NCBI GenBank assembly: GCA_019634695.1
Contig: JAHCAW010000001.1
Location: 115,921 to 179,920, forward strand
Direction of reading: 5' to 3'
Length of the DNA stretch: 64,000 nucleotides
Origin: Candidatus Sumerlaeia bacterium
Lineage (GTDB): Bacteria; Sumerlaeota; Sumerlaeia; SLMS01; JAHLLQ01
Part shown: positions 28,879-38,643 of the stretch, piece by piece
Position numbering within the stretch: the first letter of the stretch is position 1
Layout of the letters: every line of letters starts with the position of its first letter
Position numbers and translations under genes: made by a program
The notes under the pieces: model-generated
Databases searched by the model: none
Seen by the model: the letters and a program-made list of their open reading frames with translations, nothing else
Told to the model about the DNA's origin: nothing

Positions 28879-29051
28879 GACAGGACCCTCCTTGGGTTCG
28901 TCGGCCCGCGGACGGGCCTGATCGTTGGACAAGACCAAAGGCCTCAGGGGTTCCCCGGTCAAGTCCCACGCGCCGGCGGGATTGCGGGACCCTTGCCCGC
29001 CGGACCCGGGCGCCGGCGTCGATTTCCTCCCCGTCCCCTGTCGGTTTGGCG

Positions 29052-29089
29052 TTGACACCCCCGGCCCTATTCAGGATATAAGCATCTTG
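29052..29089 (+). promoter_or_regulatory. hcp promoter with imperfect palindrome
   Basis: TTGACA at 29052; caggatataagcatcttg over the -10 region. Confidence 0.4.
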
Positions 29090-29159
29090 TATGTCGTCAA
29101 TAACGCCCGCCCAGTCCCCCCACCACTCCGGGACGGCGAGCCAAGGGAGACCCCCCATC

Positions 29160-30485
29160 ATGCAACAGCCCATGCATTGCGACCAATGCGAGCAAACCTT
29201 CCGTGGCGTCGCCTGCACCAGCGTCGGCGTCTGCGGCAAGGACCCCGACATGGAGTCCCTCCAGAAGATCCTCCTCTACGGCCTCAAGGGCATGGCCTCC
29301 TACAAGCACCATGCCCGCCGCCTCGGCAAGACCGACCCGGAGGTCGAGTCCTTCATCGAGGAGGCGCTCTTCGCCACCGTCACCAACGTGAACTTCGACC
29401 TGACGAGCCTGCTGGAGCTGGTGCTCGAGTGCGGGCGCATGAACCTGCGCACGATGGAGCTCCTCAACGACGGCCATGTGGAGGTGCTGGGCGCACCGTC
29501 CCCGGCCGAAGTCGTCGAGGGCATCCAGCCCGGCCCCGGCATTCTGGTAACCGGCCACGACATGGTGGACCTGAAGGACCTGCTCGAGCAGACGCGCGGC
29601 ACGGGCGTGAACGTCTACACCCACGGCGAGATGCTGCCGGCGCACATGTACCCCGGGCTGCGCGCCTACACGAACCTGGTGGGCCACTACGGCGGCGCGT
29701 GGCAGAAGCAGCGCGATGAGTTCCAGCGCTTCGGCGGCCCGATTCTGGGGACGACGAACTGTGTGCTGATTCCGCGGCCGGAGAACACGTACCTGGACCG
29801 CTTCTACACGACGCGCGTGACGGCGGTGCCGGGCGCCACGCGCCTGACGACCAGCGACTTCTCGCCCGTGATTCGCCGCGCGCTCGAGATCGGCGACTTG
29901 CAGCCGACCGCGACGAAGACCTCGACCGTGGGCTTCCACCACTCGGTCGTGCTCGGGATCGCCTCGACGGTGGTCGAGGCGGTGCGCTCGGGTCTGGTGC
30001 GGCACTTCTTCCTGATCGGCGGCTGCGACGGCGCCGAGCCGGGTCGCAACTACTTCGCCGACTTCGCGCGCTCGGCGCCCGACGACTCGATCATCCTGAC
30101 GCTGGGCTGCGGCAAGTATCGCATTCGCGAGCACGACTACGGGACGATCGACCTGGGCGGCGGCGTGCGCGTGCCGCGGCTGCTGGACATGGGCCAGTGC
30201 AACGACGCCTACGGGGCGGTGATGGTGGCGCTGGCGCTGGCCAAGGCGTTCGATTGCAGCGTCAACGACCTGCCGCTGACGCTGTGCCTGTCGTGGTTCG
30301 AGCAGAAGGCGGTCGCCGTGCTGCTGACGCTGCTGCACCTTGGCGTGAAGGGCATCCGCCTGGGTCCGGCGCTGCCGGCCTTCGTGACGCCCAACGTGCT
30401 GGCGTTGCTGCAGGAGAAGTACGACCTGAAGGGCATCGGTCGCGATGCTCATGCCGATGTGCAGGCGGCGCTCGGAGTGGTCTGA
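29160..30485 (+). CDS. hcp: Hybrid cluster protein (hydroxylamine reductase), short form
   Basis: CDQCEQT...C..VGVCGK, VYTHGEMLPAH, GGCDG, GQCNDAY, SWFEQKA. Confidence 0.96.
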   Translation: MQQPMHCDQCEQTFRGVACTSVGVCGKDPDMESLQKILLYGLKGMASYKHHARRLGKTDPEVESFIEEALFATVTNVNFDLTSLLELVLECGRMNLRTMELLNDGHVEVLGAPSPAEVVEGIQPGPGILVTGHDMVDLKDLLEQTRGTGVNVYTHGEMLPAHMYPGLRAYTNLVGHYGGAWQKQRDEFQRFGGPILGTTNCVLIPRPENTYLDRFYTTRVTAVPGATRLTTSDFSPVIRRALEIGDLQPTATKTSTVGFHHSVVLGIASTVVEAVRSGLVRHFFLIGGCDGAEPGRNYFADFARSAPDDSIILTLGCGKYRIREHDYGTIDLGGGVRVPRLLDMGQCNDAYGAVMVALALAKAFDCSVNDLPLTLCLSWFEQKAVAVLLTLLHLGVKGIRLGPALPAFVTPNVLALLQEKYDLKGIGRDAHADVQAALGVV

Positions 30486-30510
30486 GCAGTTGGTCGCGCC
30501 GCCCGCGCTC

Positions 30511-30548
30511 CGCGCCCCCGGAAGGCCGCTCGCCCTTCCGGGGGCGCG
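30511..30548 (+). terminator. hcp terminator hairpin
   Basis: cgcgcccccggaagg...ccttccgggggcgcg followed by tgttt. Confidence 0.7.
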
Positions 30549-30595
30549 CGTGTTTGGGGGATGGTGTGTCACATGATCTCGGAAGACAAACTTCA

Positions 30596-30623
30596 GTACC
30601 CCGAGCGTCAGCGAGGCGGCATG
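30596..30623. repeat. 28-bp dispersed repeat, copy 1
   Basis: gtaccccgagcgtcagcgaggcggcatg; one mismatch to 52219-52246. Confidence 0.75.
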
Positions 30624-30964
30624 ACCCCGTTCTCCCGATGATCCTCGCCACCACACATCAACGTCTGCCATACCTGTCGGCTGTTTCCGGTTTCCCGAAC
30701 TCGTCTGAAACAGCGGTGTCGCTTGATGGTGCAAGCCGCTCAACCACGGAATGCACGGAACCAACGGAACTCCGTGACCGTGGCGGACAAGTTGGGAGCT
30801 ACGGGCCGGGGAGGCGGACAATTCGGGAGTGGAAAGCCTTTTTTCCGGACAATTTGGGTCTTAAGCCGTCCGGTCGGCGGGGGTGGTTGGAATGAGAATG
30901 CCCCGGGAGCGGCGCGGTGGCGGGCTCCCGGGGCGGGTGGGTCGGACGGTGGAGCGGGTGGCGG

Positions 30965-32890
30965 TCAGCCCGTCGTCAGGGTCTCGATCTCGCGCTGGAG
31001 CTTCTTGACGAAGGAGTTGCCGGCGAAAGTGCCGCGGACGGCTTCGAAGTCGGCCGCGACGGCGTCGTCGCTGCCGTCGGCGCCGAAGCCGAGGCGGGCG
31101 ATATCGTCGAACTCCTTCTCGCCGTCGGCGAGGATCTTCTTGTTGAAGCTGGCGCGCGCCTTCTTCCACGACGCCTCGAGGGCCTTGAGGTCCTCGGCGT
31201 TGAGGTCGTCGACGCTGGTGCCGGTGCGCTCCTGGAAGACGTCGCGCACGTAGGCCCATTCGTCCTTGGCGTAGGAGTCGTGGGCGTTGCGCATGGCGGC
31301 GGCGAAGTCGGCCACGGTGGCGATCTGGCCGCTTTCGATGGCGTCCTCGATCTGGGACAGGCGCTTGCGGGCGACGAGCAGGCCGGAGACGTCGGCCCAT
31401 TCGCGCGAGAGCACGGCGCCGTCGTCGACCGCGAGCTTGCCGGCCTTGGCGCGTTCCAGAATCTTGCCCTGCAGGTACATGTCGACGGCGGTGCGGTAGT
31501 TCTTGGCCGCCCCGCGCATGAGCAGGCGCTTGATGAGCACGCCCTTGTAGCGGATCTGCGACGTCTCCTTCGGGGTCTCCTCGGACAGGCGGGTCATGGT
31601 GGCCTCGCCGCGCAGCATGCGCTCGACCGTGTAGGGGCTGAAGATGTCGAAGACGATGAGGTCGCGCTTGTTGCTGGCCTTGCGGCGGTCGCGTGCCGGC
31701 CACTTCTCGCCGTCGCGCGTGGTGCCGACGGTGAACATGTTCATGGCCGGGGTCAGCAGGCTGCCGTCGTCCTCGGCCGTGACGTAGGAGAAGGGGAACT
31801 CGCTGATGTCGAAGTTGGTCATGTTCTTGCCGATGACGACGGAGAAGGGGCTGACGACGCAGGGCCACATCATGTAGGAGAAGGAGCCTGTCTTGGCGCC
31901 GCGCTCGAGGATGCCCTGGTGGGCGGGCCCCAGCTTGTACATGTGGTTCGACTGGTTGGTGCCGCTGCCGGCGTTGTAGAAGGAGAAGACGCCGGCGATG
32001 AGGAGCGTGCTGCGGTGGTGCGTCACGGTGTAGGGGCCGGCGAAGATGGCGACGGCCTCGGAGTGGAAGCCCTCGCAGTTGGCGAAGAACAGGCAGTTTT
32101 CGGCCGAGAACGTGCGGCCGATCTTGGAGCCCTGGCCCACGAAGACCTTCGAGAGCACCGCGCCGCCGTCCACGTTGGCGCCCTCGGCGAAGATGAAGTC
32201 GTCGGCGATGACGTTGGAGCCGACGAAGGTCGGCGCGGACTTTTCGCTCAGGACGGTGCCGTTGGTCAGCCGGCGGGCGCCGCTCAGGTTCGCCCCCGGG
32301 CCGATGCGCACGTCGCGGATTTCGTCGCAGTGGGCCACCGTGGCGCCCGCGCCGATCGACCCGCGGTCCGCCTTTGCCGACGCGACCACCGCATCGACCA
32401 TCGCGTTGAGGCGCTCGACCATCTTGGGCCGATAGCGGTGCATCGCCGTCAGGTAGGCGTACTGGCTCGACAGCTCGTCGAAGAGTTTGACCTCGCGGCC
32501 GCCGGCCTCGTTGACCGCCTCGACCGTGACGCCGTTGCCGAACGAGGCGCCCTTGCCCGTGGCGATCACGCCCACGTCCACGATCACGGCGCCGTCGCCG
32601 ATGTCGTAGTTCGCCAGGTGGCCGCGCACGTTGCTGATGCGCACGTTGTCGCCGATCGTGCAGTTGTCGATCGTCGAGTCGACGATGCCCGAGCGCAGCG
32701 TCACGCCGCCCTCCATCGTCACGTTTCCCTGCAATGTGCCGATGCGGATCGCGCCCGAGAAGCGCACGTCGCGCACGCGCCGCGCATCGAAGCCGTCCTT
32801 GACCTTGATTGCCGACCAATCCGGCGCCACGCAGCCCTGCGTCACCATCTGCTGGATTTCATCGCTCGTCAGTGGACGATATTCGGACAT
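30965..32890 (-). CDS. DUF4954 family protein (beta-helix-like repeats)
   Basis: YRPLTSDEI, VNEAGGREV, FAGPYTVTHHRSTLLIAG, GSGTNQSNHMYKLGP. Confidence 0.85.
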   Translation of the reverse strand: MSEYRPLTSDEIQQMVTQGCVAPDWSAIKVKDGFDARRVRDVRFSGAIRIGTLQGNVTMEGGVTLRSGIVDSTIDNCTIGDNVRISNVRGHLANYDIGDGAVIVDVGVIATGKGASFGNGVTVEAVNEAGGREVKLFDELSSQYAYLTAMHRYRPKMVERLNAMVDAVVASAKADRGSIGAGATVAHCDEIRDVRIGPGANLSGARRLTNGTVLSEKSAPTFVGSNVIADDFIFAEGANVDGGAVLSKVFVGQGSKIGRTFSAENCLFFANCEGFHSEAVAIFAGPYTVTHHRSTLLIAGVFSFYNAGSGTNQSNHMYKLGPAHQGILERGAKTGSFSYMMWPCVVSPFSVVIGKNMTNFDISEFPFSYVTAEDDGSLLTPAMNMFTVGTTRDGEKWPARDRRKASNKRDLIVFDIFSPYTVERMLRGEATMTRLSEETPKETSQIRYKGVLIKRLLMRGAAKNYRTAVDMYLQGKILERAKAGKLAVDDGAVLSREWADVSGLLVARKRLSQIEDAIESGQIATVADFAAAMRNAHDSYAKDEWAYVRDVFQERTGTSVDDLNAEDLKALEASWKKARASFNKKILADGEKEFDDIARLGFGADGSDDAVAADFEAVRGTFAGNSFVKKLQREIETLTTG

Positions 32891-33208
32891 GGGAATCCCT
32901 CCTTGGTGCCGGCCCGTGGGGCCGGGCGGCGGGCGCTCGCGCCCCCCGACAGCCCGGTTGCCCTAGGGGCCCGGGGCCGAAAGTGTCGAGGGGATTCTCC
33001 GAACCCTAACAGAAGGCTCACGAAGGAGCGCCGATCTACACACAGTTTTGTCCGAATCGAAAAGAAGAGGCCGGCTCCCACGAAATGGCTTTACCCGCCC
33101 CAAACCCCTTCCCTAGCGTCCCCTCGCCCCGCGGACGTGGGGCATCCTCGCAGCGGCCTTTTCCGACGATCCTGAGAAAGCCGACTGCATTCCCAGGAGG
33201 GAACACAC

Positions 33209-33958
33209 ATGGCAGCAGGGAATCTCAAGATTCAGGTCCTCGAGTCCGCCGACGCCGTCGCGGCCGCCGCTTCCAAGGTCATCGTCGAAGCCATCAAGGC
33301 CAAGCCCCGCTTCGTTCTCGGGCTCGCCACCGGCTCCACCCCCGAGAAGACCTACGCCAAGATGGCCGAAGCCAACAAAGCCAAGCAGGTCTCCTTCGCC
33401 AAGGTGACCACGTTCAATCTCGACGAGTACTGGGGTCTCGACGGCGATCACGACCAGAGCTATCGCTACTTCATGAACGACCGCCTGTTCAACCACATCG
33501 ACATCCGCCCGTGGAACACCAACGTGCTCAACGGCATGGCGACCAGCCCGCTGATCGAGTGCGCCGCCTACGAGCAGAAGATCTTCGCCTGCGGCGGCGT
33601 CGACCTGTGGCTGCTCGGCATCGGCAACAACGGCCACGTCGCGTTCAACGAGCCCGGCAGCGCCGTCGACAGCCGTACCCGCCTCGTCAGCCTGACCCAA
33701 AGCACCATCAACGCCAACAGCGACGGGCGCTTCTTCAGCGATCCGAAGGATGTCCCACGGTGCGCCCTGTCGGCCGGCATCGGCACCATCCGCGAGGCCC
33801 GCAAGATCATCCTGCTCGCCACCGGTGCCGGCAAGGCCGACGCCGTCAAGGCCGCCGTCGAAGGGCCCTTCAGCCCCGACTGCCCCGCCAGCCTGCTGCA
33901 GGACCACCTCGACTGCACCTTCTACCTCGACAAGGCCGCCGCGGCCAAGCTGAGCTGA
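33209..33958 (+). CDS. nagB: Glucosamine-6-phosphate deaminase
   Basis: LGLATGSTP, FNLDEY, LLGIGNNGHVAFNEP. Confidence 0.96.
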   Translation: MAAGNLKIQVLESADAVAAAASKVIVEAIKAKPRFVLGLATGSTPEKTYAKMAEANKAKQVSFAKVTTFNLDEYWGLDGDHDQSYRYFMNDRLFNHIDIRPWNTNVLNGMATSPLIECAAYEQKIFACGGVDLWLLGIGNNGHVAFNEPGSAVDSRTRLVSLTQSTINANSDGRFFSDPKDVPRCALSAGIGTIREARKIILLATGAGKADAVKAAVEGPFSPDCPASLLQDHLDCTFYLDKAAAAKLS

Positions 33959-33993
33959 CAGAACCACTCCAACCCACCGGAAGGGTATCCACC

Positions 33994-34233
33994 ATGGACC
34001 GGGCAGAAGTCGAAAAGCGCGTCAAGAAAGTCGTCTCCCAGGTGCTCAACGTTCCCGAGGCCGACATCCGGCCCGAGCACAAGTTCACCGCCGACCTGGG
34101 CGCCGAGTCCGTGCAGTCCCTCGAGCTCGTTGCGGGCTTTGAGGAGGAGTTCGATCTCGAAGTCGATGAGGACGAGGCGCTGTCGGTCCAGTCCGTCGGC
34201 GACGCCATCGAGTTCTTCGTCGAACGCCTGTGA
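33994..34233 (+). CDS. Acyl carrier protein, atypical motif
   Basis: 79 aa, acidic; DLGAESVQSLELV...FEEEF. Confidence 0.88.
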   Translation: MDRAEVEKRVKKVVSQVLNVPEADIRPEHKFTADLGAESVQSLELVAGFEEEFDLEVDEDEALSVQSVGDAIEFFVERL

Positions 34234-34267
34234 GCCGCGCGCTCTCCCAGTACCAGCCGTCTGTCGC

Positions 34268-34302
34268 CGGGGGGAGCGCGTTGCGCTCCCCCCGCGTGTT
34301 TT
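34268..34302 (+). terminator. Hairpin after ACP
   Basis: cggggggagcgc-gtt-gcgctccccccg then tgtttt. Confidence 0.7.
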
Positions 34303-34397
34303 CGGCCACTTGACGCAAGCCGACCGGCCGTGGGCCGAACAAGCCGCCGGCCGCTTCACCTGAAGGACGAACCACGAATCCCGGGAGGAACAACCCC

Positions 34398-35363
34398 ATG
34401 TCCCTGATCGAGCAATTCATCCAGCGTGCCAAGCAGGCACCCAAGCGCGTCGTGCTGCCCGAGGGCGACGACGAGCGCATGATCCAGGCCGCCGTGCGCC
34501 TGGTGGCCGAAGGCATCGCCAAGCCCATCGTGCTCGGCGCCGAGGAGGAGGTGCGCGCGCTGGCCGGTGGCGCCTCGCTCGCAGGCGTCACGATCGTCGA
34601 TCCCGCCAAGGATTCCCGCATCGGTGCCTACTCGGCCGCCTACGCGAAGAACCGTGGCGTCGCCGAAGGACTGGCCGGTCGCATGGTCAAGCGCCCGCTG
34701 TACTTCGGCGGCATGATGGTCGCCGAGGGCGATGCCGACGCGATGGTCGCCGGTGTGGCCAAGGCCACCGCCCAGGTCATCTCCGCCGCCGCGCTCACGG
34801 TCGGATTCTCCGAGGGCGTCAGCCAGGCCTCCAGTTACTTCGTCATGGTGCTGCCCGACGGCAAGGTGCTCGTCTTCGCCGACTGCGCCGTCGTCGTCGA
34901 TCCCAATGCCCGCGAGCTGGCCGAGATCGCCGTCACCACCGCCCGCAACGCCAAGAAGCTGCTCGACGTCGAGCCGCGTGTCGCCATGCTCTCCTTCTCC
35001 ACCAAGGGCAGCGCGCAGCACGCCCACGTCGACAAGGTGCGCGAGGCGACTGCCATCGCGAAGGAGATGGCACCCGAGATCCTGCTCGACGGCGAATTCC
35101 AGGTCGACTCCGCCATCGTCGAGCGCGTCGCCAAGAAGAAGTGCCCGGACTCCACCGTCGGCGGCACCGCCAACGTGCTCGTCTTCCCGGACCTCGACTC
35201 CGGCAACATGGGCTACAAGCTGACCCAGTATCTGGGCAACGCCAAGGCCATCGGGCCGATCATGCAGGGCTTTGCCAAGCCGGTCAACGACCTGTCCCGC
35301 GGCGCCTCCGTCGACGACATCATCGCCGTCACCGCCATCGCCTCGCTCCAGTGCGGAGGCTAG
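34398..35363 (+). CDS. pta: Phosphate acetyltransferase
   Basis: VVLPEG, FADCAV, MLSFSTKGSA, GFAKPVNDLSRG. Confidence 0.95.
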   Translation: MSLIEQFIQRAKQAPKRVVLPEGDDERMIQAAVRLVAEGIAKPIVLGAEEEVRALAGGASLAGVTIVDPAKDSRIGAYSAAYAKNRGVAEGLAGRMVKRPLYFGGMMVAEGDADAMVAGVAKATAQVISAAALTVGFSEGVSQASSYFVMVLPDGKVLVFADCAVVVDPNARELAEIAVTTARNAKKLLDVEPRVAMLSFSTKGSAQHAHVDKVREATAIAKEMAPEILLDGEFQVDSAIVERVAKKKCPDSTVGGTANVLVFPDLDSGNMGYKLTQYLGNAKAIGPIMQGFAKPVNDLSRGASVDDIIAVTAIASLQCGG

Positions 35364-35513
35364 CACCGAGAGGGACGAAGGCAGAATGCGGCAGGATAGC
35401 AGGTGGAGCAGGATTTGGTACGCACTCCCGCTCCACCTGCTCAGCCACCAGTAACCAGCAACCAACCATCAGGAACTCACACCCCTCAACTCACGAAGAA
35501 CGGAACCCTCCCC

Positions 35514-36737
35514 ATGAAAGTCCTCGTTCTCAACTGCGGCAGTTCCTCGGCCAAGTACCAGCTCTTCGACATGGCCAACGATGAAGTCGTGCTCAAGGGC
35601 ATCGTCGAGAAGATCGGCGAAGCCAAGCCCGTGATGGTCCACGAGTGGAGCGGCGGCAAGCAGGAGGGCGAGGTCGTCGCCAAGGATCACGTCGAGGCGC
35701 TACACCTGATCCGCGACGCCGTGCACGATCCGGCGCGGGGTGGCTCGGCCGATCCGGCCGACATCGCCGCCGTCGGCCATCGCGTCGTCCATGGGGGCGA
35801 GAAGTTCGTCCACTCCTCGCTGATCGACGACGAGATCGAGGGCATCATCGAGGACTACTTCTCCCTCGCGCCGCTGCACAATCCGCCGAACCTGCTCGGC
35901 ATCCGCGCCGCCCGCAAGAACCTGCCCGACGTCCCGCATGTCGCCGTCTTCGACACCTCCTTCCACCAGACCATGCCGCCCAAGGCGTACCTCTACGCCA
36001 TGCGGCACGACATGTACGACAAGCACCGCATCCGTCGCTACGGCTTCCACGGCACCTCGCATCGTTACGTCGCCGAGCGCGCCGCCGAGATGCTCGGCGT
36101 TCCGCACGATGGCTTCACCGGCATCACGTGCCACCTGGGCAACGGCTGCTCGCTGGCCGCTGTGCAGAACGGCAAGTCCGTCGACACCACGATGGGCCTG
36201 ACGCCCCTCGAAGGCGTCCCGATGGGCACGCGCTCGGGCGACATCGACCCCGCGATCATCTTCCACCTCGCCGAGAGCCTCGGCATGGACCTGACCTCGA
36301 TCAACAAGCTCCTCCAGAAGGAGAGCGGCCTGAAGGGCCTTTCCGGCCTGTCGAACGATCTGCGCGACATCGAGAAGGCCGCTGCCGAAGGCAACGAGCG
36401 CGCCCGCCTCGCCGCCGAGGTCTACGGCTATCGCGTCCGCAAGTACGTCGGGGCCTACCTTGCCGTGCTCCACCAGCCCCGCGCCATCGTCTTCACCGGC
36501 GGCGTTGGGCAGAACGGCACGCTCATGCGCGAGCGCATCGTCGGCGGCCTCGAGCACCTCGGCATCAAGCTCGACCGCGCCCGCAACCAGTCCCCCGTCC
36601 GCAACGGCCACGGCGAATTCGATATTGCCGCTTCCGATTCGCCCATCCGCCTGCTGGTCATCCCGACCAACGAGGAACTGATGATCGCCCGCGACACCGT
36701 CGAAGTCGCCGGCCTCGAACCGGCCGCAAGGGCCTGA
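35514..36737 (+). CDS. ackA: Acetate kinase
   Basis: LVLNCGSSS, GHRVVHGGE, YGFHGTSH, CHLGNG, PTNEE. Confidence 0.97.
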   Translation: MKVLVLNCGSSSAKYQLFDMANDEVVLKGIVEKIGEAKPVMVHEWSGGKQEGEVVAKDHVEALHLIRDAVHDPARGGSADPADIAAVGHRVVHGGEKFVHSSLIDDEIEGIIEDYFSLAPLHNPPNLLGIRAARKNLPDVPHVAVFDTSFHQTMPPKAYLYAMRHDMYDKHRIRRYGFHGTSHRYVAERAAEMLGVPHDGFTGITCHLGNGCSLAAVQNGKSVDTTMGLTPLEGVPMGTRSGDIDPAIIFHLAESLGMDLTSINKLLQKESGLKGLSGLSNDLRDIEKAAAEGNERARLAAEVYGYRVRKYVGAYLAVLHQPRAIVFTGGVGQNGTLMRERIVGGLEHLGIKLDRARNQSPVRNGHGEFDIAASDSPIRLLVIPTNEELMIARDTVEVAGLEPAARA

Positions 36738-36740
36738 GAG
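36688..36740 (+). repeat. 53-bp direct repeat (ackA 3' end), left copy
   Basis: Matches 37377-37429 with 2 mismatches. Confidence 0.9.
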
Positions 36741-36933
36741 AACCCTACGCTTGCCCGGCGGCATCAATCCGCCGCCGGGTGACCCCGCATGCAAAGCAGC
36801 GTAGTCGGGCTTCGTGCCACGTTGCCCCCGAGGGGCCTGCCCTCATGCCCGCCCTGGTGTCGCTGGAGGCTTTCCATTGACGGGGCCCCGTCATCTCTCC
36901 CATACAGCCAGCCAGTGACGGGAGTCCGCACCC

Positions 36934-37125
36934 ATGCCGATGACCGGGAAGGAAATGCTCCAGCACCTCGAGCTGCACGGTTGGCGGCTCGACCGGATCC
37001 AAGGCAGTCACCATATCATGGAGAAGGATGGCGAGCCGAGGAAGATATCCGTGCCGGTCCATGGAAACAGGACGCTTGGCAAGGGACTCGAGAGTGACAT
37101 CCTGAAGAAGGCAGGGCTGAAGTGA
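36934..37125 (+). CDS. hicA: HicA family toxin
   Basis: GW..DRIQGSHHI...VPVHG...GL..ILKKAGL. Confidence 0.9.
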   Translation: MPMTGKEMLQHLELHGWRLDRIQGSHHIMEKDGEPRKISVPVHGNRTLGKGLESDILKKAGLK

Positions 37126-37145
37126 CCCCGGAAGGAGCGAGTTCC

Positions 37146-37370
37146 ATGAAGTATGTCATCGACATCAAGGAGAACGAGGAACCCAACGCCATCCGCTACT
37201 GGGCCACCGTTCAGGGGCTCGACGGGTGTTTTGTTGCCGAGGACTCCCTTGAAGACCTCTTCGCCAACGCTCCGGACGTTATCAAGGTCTTCATCGAAAC
37301 CTCCAATGAAGACGGTGCTCAACTTCCCCTGCCCACCGAGTTCGAGTTCCGCCGGCTGGTCCATGCGTGA
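37146..37370 (+). CDS. hicB: HicB family antitoxin (short)
   Basis: YWATVQGLDGCFVAEDSLEDL...A..VI. Confidence 0.85.
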   Translation: MKYVIDIKENEEPNAIRYWATVQGLDGCFVAEDSLEDLFANAPDVIKVFIETSNEDGAQLPLPTEFEFRRLVHA

Positions 37371-37376
37371 GCACGT

Positions 37377-37429
37377 CCCGCGACACCGTCGAATTCGCCG
37401 GCCTTGAACCGGCCGCAAGGGCCTGAGAG
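37377..37429 (+). repeat. 53-bp direct repeat, right copy
   Basis: Duplicate of the ackA 3' end. Confidence 0.9.
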
Positions 37430-37453
37430 CATCGCCTGCATGAGCAGACTCGC

Positions 37454-38638
37454 ATGACGGAGGCGCTCGAGCCGATGGAGAGCAGTGAGCTGACCTTCTA
37501 TCTCGATCTGCTCGGCGACATCAAGTCGCGGGTGCGGACCGCGCAGGCGCGCGCGGCCCGCGCTGCGAACGCCGAGATGCTCCGATTGTACTGGGACATC
37601 GGCCGCCTGATCGCCGAGCGCCAGCGACAGGAGGGCTGGGGCGCGGCCGTCATCCCGCGACTGGCCGTCGATCTCAGGAACGAGTTGCCCGAGGAGAAGG
37701 GGTTCTCGACCTCCAACCTCAAACGAATGGTCCAGTTCTCGGAAGCATACCCGGGGCTCTTCTCAATTGGAGCACGGGTAGTGCCCCAATTGCAACTCGA
37801 AGAATTGCAATCGTCTGTGTCCGATCCGCAGCATTGCTCACCACTGGGGGCACTGTCCGTGCCCCAATCCGAAGAGGCCGCAGGGAAAGCCCGAAAGAGA
37901 CAGGTGGCCGTCACTCTGCTGCCTTGGGCACACAACATCCTGCTCATGCAGAAACTCAAGGATCTCCCTACCCGCCTGTGGTACGCCGAACGTGCCGTCG
38001 CCCAGGGGTGGTCTCGCGACATGCTGGCCGCCCAGATTCGGTCTCGCCTGCACGAACGCCAAGGGACGACCGTGGCGAACTTCTCCGCGACCCTCCCCGA
38101 GGCACATGCCCAAATCGCGCTGGGATTGCTCAAGGACCCTTACCTCTTCGACTTCCTCACGCTCGACGAACCCTTTCACGAGCGCGAACTGGAAGCCGCC
38201 CTTGTCGCACACATCCAGCAGTTCCTTCTCGAACTGGGCCAGGGCTTCGCCTTCGTCGGTCGCCAGTACCGCCTCACCGTTTCCGACCGCGACTTCCATC
38301 TCGACCTGCTCTTCTACCATCTTCGCCTGCGCTGCTTCGTCGTCGTGGACCTCAAGAAGGGCGAGTTTCAACCCGAGCATGCCGGCAAGATGAACTTCTA
38401 CTGCAGTGCCGTGGACGATCAGCTTCGCCATCCGAACGACAATCCGACCATCGGCCTCATCCTGTGTCAGGACAAGGACCGCATCTTCGCCGAGTACGCA
38501 CTGCGCGACGTTCACAAACCCATCGGCGTTGCCGACTACGAACTGACCCGTTCCCTCCCGGGGGAACTGGCCAGCGCCTTGCCCTCCATCGAGCAGATCG
38601 AGCAGGAACTTGCAGGCCAGCCAGTGGATGAAGAGTGA
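37454..38638 (+). CDS. YhcG/DUF1016 PD-(D/E)XK nuclease family protein
   Basis: LYWDIG, KDPYLFDFL, FLLELGQGFAFVGRQ, DLLFYH, GKMNFY. Confidence 0.93.
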   Translation: MTEALEPMESSELTFYLDLLGDIKSRVRTAQARAARAANAEMLRLYWDIGRLIAERQRQEGWGAAVIPRLAVDLRNELPEEKGFSTSNLKRMVQFSEAYPGLFSIGARVVPQLQLEELQSSVSDPQHCSPLGALSVPQSEEAAGKARKRQVAVTLLPWAHNILLMQKLKDLPTRLWYAERAVAQGWSRDMLAAQIRSRLHERQGTTVANFSATLPEAHAQIALGLLKDPYLFDFLTLDEPFHERELEAALVAHIQQFLLELGQGFAFVGRQYRLTVSDRDFHLDLLFYHLRLRCFVVVDLKKGEFQPEHAGKMNFYCSAVDDQLRHPNDNPTIGLILCQDKDRIFAEYALRDVHKPIGVADYELTRSLPGELASALPSIEQIEQELAGQPVDEE

Positions 38639-38643
38639 GCGCC

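Noticed and set aside
36745-37062. Minus-strand 105-aa ORF across hicA
   Set aside because: Antisense shadow of hicA.
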